DNA of 20,306 bases, from the NCBI GenBank assembly GCA_015523565.1, contig WAKA01000025.1:1-20306 (forward strand), written 5' to 3'. Position numbers and translations under genes: made by a program. Shown piece after piece: positions 1-7,014 of this stretch. Source of the stretch: Candidatus Heimdallarchaeota archaeon. Lineage in GTDB: Archaea; Asgardarchaeota; Heimdallarchaeia; Heimdallarchaeales; Kariarchaeaceae. The first letter of the stretch is position 1, and the number at the start of each line of letters is the position of its first letter. The notes under the pieces are model-generated. The model was not told the DNA's origin, ran no database searches, and worked only from the letters and a program-made list of their open reading frames with translations.

Positions 1-101
1 ATTTAAATGTGTCCAAAAAAGTAAATTAGTGGTGAGGAAACGAGACAAGGTTGAATCCAAGTTTCTAAAAATTCTTAATCAACAAATAAAAAGAAAGAGT
101 T

Positions 102-371
102 GTGCTAGATGAAATCCTTGTCGTTTGTGATTCATGCAAAAAAGTATATGAAGTTGACAACTGGAAGCATGTAAGAACAATGATAGAGGCAGTTGATGGA
201 CATAGTGCCTTTCGGTATGTCTATCTTTTTGAGAAGGAGTGCATTTGCGGATCAACATTTGTTGTTGAGGCTCAAGGTTACGAACCTCCAGGTGAAGATA
301 TCGTTCATGAATGGTTCTATAGATATTTTGATTGTGAACAACTTGAAAGCACTAAAGTCAATCTTGTTTGA
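102..371 (+). CDS. Small hypothetical protein, putative zinc-binding (CxxC ... CxC)
   Basis: 89-aa ORF from GTG at 102 with in-frame stops upstream. It has CDSC near the N-terminus and ECICG later, and overlaps the nitrilase 3' end convergently by 14 nt. Confidence 0.6.
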   Translation: MLDEILVVCDSCKKVYEVDNWKHVRTMIEAVDGHSAFRYVYLFEKECICGSTFVVEAQGYEPPGEDIVHEWFYRYFDCEQLESTKVNLV

Positions 372-1269
372 GTGGTCTGTTGAAAATGTCCCATCGAGAA
401 TAATGCCCAGAATAATCAAAATTCTGTCTTTCTTCCAAGATTGTATTGAGATCCAAAACTGCTGTCAGAATGCCCTCCTCATTCAGTAACGGACCAGCAA
501 TTATTTCACCTCGAGGATTGACAACTAAAGAACCACCATTCTTGATAATGTCTTGCCCTGCCATTTGAGCTTTCATAGGGAATTCTTCTTCACTTAAGTG
601 AGAAAAGTCTTGTCCTCTAAGAAAACCCGATGCTGCGAGCACATACATTCGACCCTCAAGTGCAGAAAATATAGATATGTTTTCAGTCAATGACAAGCTT
701 CCAGGCCATAGCGATACATGAATGAACTCCCCTTGAGAATGCAAAGATGCACGGGCAAGAGGAATCCAATTCTCCCAACAGTTCAGAGCACCAATTTTTC
801 CCATAGGGGTAGAATATACAGTAAGTCCTGAAGCATCCCCATCTGCCCAAACCAAGCGTTCTTCATAAGTGGGTTTTATTTTTCGATGCCTTCCCAAAAG
901 CCGACCATCTTGACCAATGACAACATAAGTGCAATAAAGGGATCCTCCAGATCTTTCTGTTAAACCACCAATCAACATTGTCCCAGTCTCTTTTGCAACT
1001 TCGAAAAGTGGAACAAGGTCATTAGATTCAAAGTCAACACTGTTTTTCCAATAGGTGGAATAAGCTTTTTTTTGATCAGGATCATTGAATTTAGCACCTC
1101 CAGTCATGGCAAGCCATTGAGGATATCCAGGGATTAGGGATTCACCCCAAACAACAATATCAGAACTTTTTGCCTTTTTGATATATTGGACTAATTTCTG
1201 AATTGTCCTCTCTTTGTTCAAGAAAACTGGGGCAATCTGTAGTATTGAAACCTGTATTTGCTCCTGCAT
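358..1269 (-). CDS. Nitrilase (carbon-nitrogen hydrolase family, branch 1)
   Basis: Glu-Lys-Cys triad motifs WGESLIPGYP, HRKIKPTYEERLVW and LNCWEN, plus C-terminal FDYSGHYSR. The likely start is ATG at 1269 (MQEQIQV); the ORF track extends it to GTG 1293. Confidence 0.93.
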   Translation of the reverse strand: MQEQIQVSILQIAPVFLNKERTIQKLVQYIKKAKSSDIVVWGESLIPGYPQWLAMTGGAKFNDPDQKKAYSTYWKNSVDFESNDLVPLFEVAKETGTMLIGGLTERSGGSLYCTYVVIGQDGRLLGRHRKIKPTYEERLVWADGDASGLTVYSTPMGKIGALNCWENWIPLARASLHSQGEFIHVSLWPGSLSLTENISIFSALEGRMYVLAASGFLRGQDFSHLSEEEFPMKAQMAGQDIIKNGGSLVVNPRGEIIAGPLLNEEGILTAVLDLNTILEERQNFDYSGHYSRWDIFNRPLKQD

Positions 1270-1406
1270 TGTTTCAACAAATAGAAAGTGCACTTAATCA
1301 TTTTAGATTGAACCAAAACAATAATGACAAGTAATGCAAAATATATTCATTAATAATTTAGGAACATGTAAGAACATTTTTCTAAACGTAATAACAGTAT
1401 ACGGGT

Positions 1407-2267
1407 ATGGAAAACAACCCGATTGTCAAGGAGAGAAATGATTATCAGCTTCTGACGGAGCTGGAGAAGAAAATTGGAACATATATTCAAGGAAACAGGG
1501 TAGAGTTCAAAGAAGGAAAACTAATCTATTTGGATTTGTCATCCCTCATATTGGAAGAACTCCCAGAGGTTATAGGCTATTTTAAACATGTTGTCTCTTT
1601 GGACCTCTCCTACAATCGACTAAAAGAATTACCTGAAACAATGGGACAGATGGAATCATTGGAATTTTTAAACCTCAGACACAATAAGTTAACTGAATTC
1701 ATAAAAGAAACATCTAGATTGCAAAGATTGGAGGAAATTGATTTTACTGAGAATCGTCTGCGGGAATTGCCAATACAGATCTGCTATCTCCCTAACTTAA
1801 GAAGACTTCACCTTGACAAAAATCCATTGGACACATTCCCCTCTGCGGTAGCAAACATGAAGAAACTATATAGACTGTATTGCAACCGATGCAACCTTAA
1901 ATTATTACCTGAAAGTTTTGGAGAAATGACGGCATTGGAAGAATTATATCTGGAAGGCAACAGATTGACATCATTACCTGAAAGCTTTGTCAATCTGAAA
2001 AAATTGATTTCACTTGATCTAAGCGAGAATCCACTGCCCACCTTCCCAGAAGTTTTGACTCGGATGTACGTATTGGAAGAATTAAAAATGAGGAATACTG
2101 GGATAAGAACACTTCCGAAAGAAATCAAAAATCTCAAACAGCTTCGGCAGTTGGATCTGACAGGTACGAAAATCATGCCGATATCCAATAGAAAATTGTG
2201 GGGAGGCTTTGCAGGGAACCACAGTGAAGTTCAGAAGTTTCTTCAGAATTTAACAATGTCACATTAA
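1407..2267 (+). CDS. Leucine-rich repeat protein (about 10 x 23-aa LRRs, no other domain)
   Basis: Repeating LxxLxLxxNxLxxLPxxhxxLxx units, e.g. LEELYLEGNRLTSLPESFVNLKK and LISLDLSENPLPTFPEVLTRMYV. Confidence 0.95.
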   Translation: MENNPIVKERNDYQLLTELEKKIGTYIQGNRVEFKEGKLIYLDLSSLILEELPEVIGYFKHVVSLDLSYNRLKELPETMGQMESLEFLNLRHNKLTEFIKETSRLQRLEEIDFTENRLRELPIQICYLPNLRRLHLDKNPLDTFPSAVANMKKLYRLYCNRCNLKLLPESFGEMTALEELYLEGNRLTSLPESFVNLKKLISLDLSENPLPTFPEVLTRMYVLEELKMRNTGIRTLPKEIKNLKQLRQLDLTGTKIMPISNRKLWGGFAGNHSEVQKFLQNLTMSH

Positions 2268-2301
2268 TTGCAAGAAACAATGTAAAATGCGCAAATCTTG
2301 T

Positions 2302-2316
2302 GAAACGCTTTATTAA
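2302..2316 (+). promoter_or_regulatory. Candidate archaeal BRE/TATA promoter for the 2339-3837 gene pair
   Basis: GAAACGC followed by TTTATTAA (2309-2316), about 25-30 nt upstream of ATG 2339. This spacing fits a leaderless archaeal transcript. Confidence 0.45.
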
Positions 2317-2338
2317 GAAAAAAAACATGATGATAGTA

Positions 2339-3025
2339 ATGGACACAAGTGATGTGGGATTGGCGTTGGTTGTCAACCTGGAGTCAACAGGCCCATCATA
2401 TGTTTTGGATACTGGTCTGTCTTTCATGAATCCTGCATCACAGATGTTATTTGCATCACGAGTTGTCATATTATGTGGAATGGCAAACCATAGGACACCC
2501 ACATTGCAGTTGCAGGGACCAGTCCCCATTTCCGAGGTCGAGGGAAAAAATCTTGAATTTTATTTTTTTCAAGTCAGACCATCCAATCCAGAAATGGTGA
2601 ATTTACACATCATCATGGTAGTGATTTTCCCGATAACTTGGAAACAAGCCATACGAAAGCTAGAAGTTCAGTTGGAAAGCAAATTGAGGGCATTAGCTGA
2701 AAAAATTGATTTTTCAACCATGACACCATTATCCCTTAGTGAAGAATTTAAATCAGTCATGCAACAAGAATTGACAAAGATCAGGAACTTTCTTACTAGT
2801 GAGCTTCCAAATGCCCCCATTGGGGAAAAGAGCCTTTTCAATCTGGGGTTCCTCGTAACATTGCCCAATGACCTACAAAAGGCAGGAAAACAGCTTATTC
2901 TTCATCCTGAAGGAATAAAAAAAGGGGAGTTCAGTTTTGAAGAAAATGTTTTGGAAGATTTAATTCGATATGGTCTTGTGAAAATTGAAAATAGGGATAA
3001 TGAAGAATGGATCATTCCAATTTAG
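2339..3025 (+). CDS. Hypothetical protein: N-terminal longin/uDENN-like alpha/beta domain plus C-terminal winged-helix-like segment
   Basis: An opening hydrophobic strand followed by GP (LALVVNLESTGPSYV), a helix, a second GP (LQGPVP), two strands and a long helix. The C-terminus LEDLIRYGLVKIENRDNEEW resembles the recognition helix and wing of a wHTH. The start is chosen at ATG 2339 from promoter spacing (ORF track: 2300). The fold call is inference. Confidence 0.55.
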   Translation: MDTSDVGLALVVNLESTGPSYVLDTGLSFMNPASQMLFASRVVILCGMANHRTPTLQLQGPVPISEVEGKNLEFYFFQVRPSNPEMVNLHIIMVVIFPITWKQAIRKLEVQLESKLRALAEKIDFSTMTPLSLSEEFKSVMQQELTKIRNFLTSELPNAPIGEKSLFNLGFLVTLPNDLQKAGKQLILHPEGIKKGEFSFEENVLEDLIRYGLVKIENRDNEEWIIPI

Positions 3026-3029
3026 GAGG
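3024..3029 (+). promoter_or_regulatory. Shine-Dalgarno AGGAGG overlapping the upstream stop codon
   Basis: tttAGGAGGagaaaagTTG places AGGAGG 7 nt before TTG at 3037, suggesting translational coupling. Confidence 0.7.
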
Positions 3030-3036
3030 AGAAAAG

Positions 3037-3837
3037 TTGAATAGAACAATTACGATTTATTCTACAAGAGGAGGTTCAGGAAAGACAATTACTTCATTGG
3101 GAATTGGTGTTACGCTTGCCCAAAAAAGTTACAAAACATTGATTATTGACGTCGACATTGAGGCGCCATCACTATTGCACCTTCTCCCCCCCCAATCCAA
3201 GAAAATCCAATATTGGACAGATTTTTTGGAAAAAGGGACAGAATTGGAACTAAAAAGCCTTATGCAACCAACAAAATTTGAAAATTTGGATATAATCTAT
3301 TCTTCATCTCCAAAAATGGGATTAAGGTTCCTTAAGGGAAATGCAGACCAATGGTGGGAACAGGCATTGAAACATAGCCTGATTGCACAAAAGCAATTTT
3401 ATGAAATGGGGTATGATTTCATTGTTTTAGACAACCAATCAGGGACGTCGATGAATTCAATAAACAACCTAATTTTGGCAGACATTAGCGTGTTAGTTGT
3501 TAGACCCACAAATTATGGAGTCGGAGCAACAGAATTGTTCATTCAAGAGCTGTTTCGCATATTGAAGGACATGAAACCAAGGGAAGACCTCTTTGTTTGG
3601 AATCAAGTGCCAAAGGTAACAAAACCTCAAGAAAAGGAATTGTTGGATAAATTCATTACATCATGGACAAAAAGATTGGAAAGTATGGGATTGAAACATG
3701 CCGCGAGTTTTCCACTTGATATGATGTTTAACCTTCAACTATTGAATGACATGGTTGAAAACGCTATTTTCAAGGATTCAGAAGTGGGAGAAAAAATTGA
3801 AGAGTTTGTGGACCAGTACATACTTAACAAAAAGTGA
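3037..3837 (+). CDS. MinD/ParA family (SIMIBI) ATPase
   Basis: Deviant Walker A RGGSGKT, switch I IDVDIEAP and Walker B YDFIVLD. TTG start at 3037 after a strong SD (ORF track starts at 3007). Confidence 0.9.
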   Translation: MNRTITIYSTRGGSGKTITSLGIGVTLAQKSYKTLIIDVDIEAPSLLHLLPPQSKKIQYWTDFLEKGTELELKSLMQPTKFENLDIIYSSSPKMGLRFLKGNADQWWEQALKHSLIAQKQFYEMGYDFIVLDNQSGTSMNSINNLILADISVLVVRPTNYGVGATELFIQELFRILKDMKPREDLFVWNQVPKVTKPQEKELLDKFITSWTKRLESMGLKHAASFPLDMMFNLQLLNDMVENAIFKDSEVGEKIEEFVDQYILNKK

Positions 3838-3955
3838 ATGGAAATCATTTGTAGGACAACTGAAAAATTCATTGATGGAAAGAGCATCTTTTGTCAATGA
3901 AAAATCCCATCTTGTAATGTTACACAATATTGAGACATGGAGAGGCAAACAGGAC

Positions 3956-4465
3956 ATGTCAACTACACCTAAAATCGAAAAAGAGACAAACAGGAACATT
4001 ATTTTCGAAAAAGCAAAATCCCATCTGGAATTATTGAAAAAAAATGAACTTAAGGCAAATGACTTTGTGATGATGTTCAATTGTTTTGAGATAAGGGTCT
4101 TGTTGGGACAAAGATTCACCCAAGGAAGCATCACAGATTGTAATTTCAAAATTCCAGAAAGAAAAGAACTAATAGAACTGTATCAGCAACCTTACAATGA
4201 AACAGGACTTTCGGTAGGGGCAAGGGCACTTACAAAACATTATTTGAGATCAACATTTTGGAACAGACCAAGAGGAAAGACAGATCAAAAGAATCTAATT
4301 GCATTGCAACAGATCGAAACAATTTTGGAAAATGTGGTCTGGTGGAACATGTTTTACCATTTTAAGCATGAATATGTTTTGGAAATAAGAACAGAAGGAG
4401 GATATGGGGCAAGATGGGGAAAGGAAAAATTCATCGGGTTTGTTGAACCGTTCTTTATGGACTAA
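3956..4465 (+). CDS. Hypothetical protein, putative toxin-like ribonuclease domain (GARALxKH ... EIRxxxGYGARW ... FIGFxEP)
   Basis: The motif string LSVGARALTKH, KN, EIRTEGGYGARW and KFIGFVEPF looks strongly conserved. ATG 3956 is preceded by GGAGAGG. The ORF track start at 3746 would overlap the ATPase by 92 nt, and ATG 3875 is an alternative start. Confidence 0.7.
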   Translation: MSTTPKIEKETNRNIIFEKAKSHLELLKKNELKANDFVMMFNCFEIRVLLGQRFTQGSITDCNFKIPERKELIELYQQPYNETGLSVGARALTKHYLRSTFWNRPRGKTDQKNLIALQQIETILENVVWWNMFYHFKHEYVLEIRTEGGYGARWGKEKFIGFVEPFFMD

Positions 4466-4940
4466 ATTTCCAATATTTATCTGTCAAGTGATGAAGAACT
4501 TTTATTGCTTTTCCTTTTTCCATTGCATCCATGTCTACAGCATCATATTTTGAGATCCCTATAGCCAAGGGAGAATTTCTTGTTTCTTCAACAATCAGTA
4601 CAGGCTCGTTTTCCACAACATTTGGATCAATCCAGACAATTCCAGGTCTCATCACGTCTGCACCGTTTGTGACAAATTTGATTGCACCCGTATCAACTTT
4701 AACAATCGGAAGATTCACATTATGACTCTGGACAAATTGAAGTGTTGGGATAATATAATCATTTAAACGTATCAGGATAGGGACTCCGTCCAATGCAATG
4801 ACATTGCCATCCTCCATTTTGTATTCAACTGCATTTGCCTTCTTTGTTAAGAGAGACCCCAAACTGGGTATTATATCAGAAAGTTGCCGAACAAGCTCTT
4901 TTTTTTCTTTTCCCGACAAGGGCACCATTTTTTTTTTCAT
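4455..4940 (-). CDS. DUF1947 + PUA domain RNA-binding protein (archaeal MCT-1/Tma20 homolog)
   Basis: Signature VKVDTGAIKFVTNGADVMRPGI, PLAIG and KGKAIKVLHHLTDKYW, with N-terminal pre-PUA IPTL. Start is ATG 4940 or TTG 4946. Confidence 0.93.
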   Translation of the reverse strand: MKKKMVPLSGKEKKELVRQLSDIIPSLGSLLTKKANAVEYKMEDGNVIALDGVPILIRLNDYIIPTLQFVQSHNVNLPIVKVDTGAIKFVTNGADVMRPGIVWIDPNVVENEPVLIVEETRNSPLAIGISKYDAVDMDAMEKGKAIKVLHHLTDKYWKFSP

Positions 4941-4989
4941 TTGCAAGATAATGTTGTTTCATGACCTTTTATTTTTTAGCATTGAGATG

Positions 4990-6903
4990 CTAGGTTAAAC
5001 GAATGGTGGTTCCAATAGGAGGAGCCAATGACTCACGCTTGACTGCCTTGCCGACACTCTTTGCAAGATTTCGACATTTTGTTTCCTCACCATGCACCAT
5101 GACAAAACGTTTTGGACGGGGAACCAGCCTCCTTACGTATTCCATCAATTCCTTTCTGTCACTATGACCAGTAAATCCAGATATCTTATGAACCTCCAAA
5201 TTGACTTTCAACACATAAGTCCTACCCTTCTCATCTTTCATCTTAATTTCCCTTGCCCCATCTTCCACTTTTCTTCCCAAAGTTCCTTTTCCTTGATATG
5301 AAACAATGACAAGTGAATTTTTTGGGTCCTCGGCAAGTGCAGTGAAATATTGTACGGAGGGACCACCTGCCAACATACCACTTGTTGCGAAAATTATGCA
5401 GGGGTCACCCAATACAATTTCCTCTCGGGTTGTTTTGTCAGAAATGTTATGAAAGAAGGGGGCGAGAAATGGATTGTCTTGGTTTTGCAATATGCGTTCA
5501 CGTAGTTCCTTTGAAAGAAATTCAGGAAATGCAGATGTAATGGCATTTGCCTCGCGGATCATACCATCAACAAAAACAGGAACTTCAGGTATCGCCCCAG
5601 AACGGATCATATCCTCAACGATCACCATCAATTCTTGAGCCCTGCCAACAGCCAATACAGGGATGAGAACTTTACCCCCACGATTGATAGTATCATTGAT
5701 GATTTGCTTAAGTTTTTCCTCCGATTCTTCTCGGCTTGGCACAACATCCTCAGGGTTGCCATAAGTAGATTCCATAACCATTGTCTCCAAACGAAGGAAT
5801 TTAGAAGTGGCACGATCCAAAGTCCTTGACTTGGCAAATCGAAAGTCATGGGCAAAAGCAATGTTATGAAGACCATTGCCAATATGCATATGCGCAATTG
5901 CAGATCCCACAATGTGACCTGCATTATGAAATGTAAGCTTGACGCCTGCGGCAATATCGGTAACCTCACCATAGTTAAGTGGGATTGAATGCAGAACCAT
6001 TTCGCGAATGTCATTTTTTGAGTATGGCAAGAGTTTTCCTTCAGCTTCAGCAACATCCAAGTAGTCCAGTTGAAGCAAGGTCATGAGATAGAGTGTAGGA
6101 GGGGTGCAATAAACAGGACCACGATAACCGTATTTGAAAAGATACGGAACAAAGCCAGAATGGTCAAGATGGGCATGCGTAATTACAACTGCATCCAACG
6201 TATTGATATCAAATTCTGGAAGGTCGAAACGAGGCAGGTATTGAACGGGGGCGTCATACCCGACATTAACACCGCAATCAACAATGATGTTGGAATCCCC
6301 TGTTTGTAAAAGGGTTGAAGATCGCCCAACCTCCAAATACCCCCCCAATGCAGTGATACGCAGAATTTTCTCTCTGAAAAAAGTTGGACGATTTATGATA
6401 TGACCAATCTTCCTTAACGCCTTTTTTCGATTTTCCGTTTCTGAAAAAAGAATATGGCGAATTGACCGGATCATACTGGATTCTATTGGCGGGGTTCGGT
6501 AGAAATTTGGACGCCAACCAGTTTTGCGGAGTATTTCTAGAGATTCAGAATTGTTTTTTGTCTTGAATAATTCAGGTCTATCAAGTTCTATAATAACTTC
6601 ACCAAGAGCATGATCGAAATCAATGTAAGAAATTGAAACGCCATCACCAAGAACTGACTTGACAATTTCTTCAGTTTCTTTTGTATCTGTTCGAATTGAG
6701 GGATCAGATCTAAGAACAACACGTCTTCTTAATGACTTTGCCAAATTTGACACGAGATTCGGGTCTTCAATTGAAACACCTATGTTTTTACAATAGATTG
6801 CAACTTCAGACCCTTCAAACTCAATGTTGGTTACATTTGCAGCTTTGGGAACTAATCTATTTACTTCTCTTTTGATTTCGTCAAGCGTTTGATAATCTTT
6901 CAA
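4990..6903 (-). CDS. fttA: beta-CASP ribonuclease aCPSF1 / transcription termination factor FttA (KH-KH-MBL-beta-CASP)
   Basis: 637 aa with an N-terminal KH region (IEFEGSEVAIY, GWRP), MBL motif THAHLDHSG, AGHIVGSA, and beta-CASP motifs GHSD and VHGE. Confidence 0.96.
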   Translation of the reverse strand: MKDYQTLDEIKREVNRLVPKAANVTNIEFEGSEVAIYCKNIGVSIEDPNLVSNLAKSLRRRVVLRSDPSIRTDTKETEEIVKSVLGDGVSISYIDFDHALGEVIIELDRPELFKTKNNSESLEILRKTGWRPNFYRTPPIESSMIRSIRHILFSETENRKKALRKIGHIINRPTFFREKILRITALGGYLEVGRSSTLLQTGDSNIIVDCGVNVGYDAPVQYLPRFDLPEFDINTLDAVVITHAHLDHSGFVPYLFKYGYRGPVYCTPPTLYLMTLLQLDYLDVAEAEGKLLPYSKNDIREMVLHSIPLNYGEVTDIAAGVKLTFHNAGHIVGSAIAHMHIGNGLHNIAFAHDFRFAKSRTLDRATSKFLRLETMVMESTYGNPEDVVPSREESEEKLKQIINDTINRGGKVLIPVLAVGRAQELMVIVEDMIRSGAIPEVPVFVDGMIREANAITSAFPEFLSKELRERILQNQDNPFLAPFFHNISDKTTREEIVLGDPCIIFATSGMLAGGPSVQYFTALAEDPKNSLVIVSYQGKGTLGRKVEDGAREIKMKDEKGRTYVLKVNLEVHKISGFTGHSDRKELMEYVRRLVPRPKRFVMVHGEETKCRNLAKSVGKAVKRESLAPPIGTTIRLT

Positions 6904-7014
6904 CAGAAAAACCCCGAAAAAACTTTAGGAGATGCAACAAAAGTGAGGTTGATCTCCAATAATCCATCAGATTTCAATTATTTATTAATTTCTAGATAAA
7001 AACGGACGGCTTCG

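Noticed and set aside
3746-3955. N-terminal extension of the putative RNase ORF
   Set aside because: It overlaps the ATPase gene by 92 nt, and a better SD-associated ATG exists at 3956.
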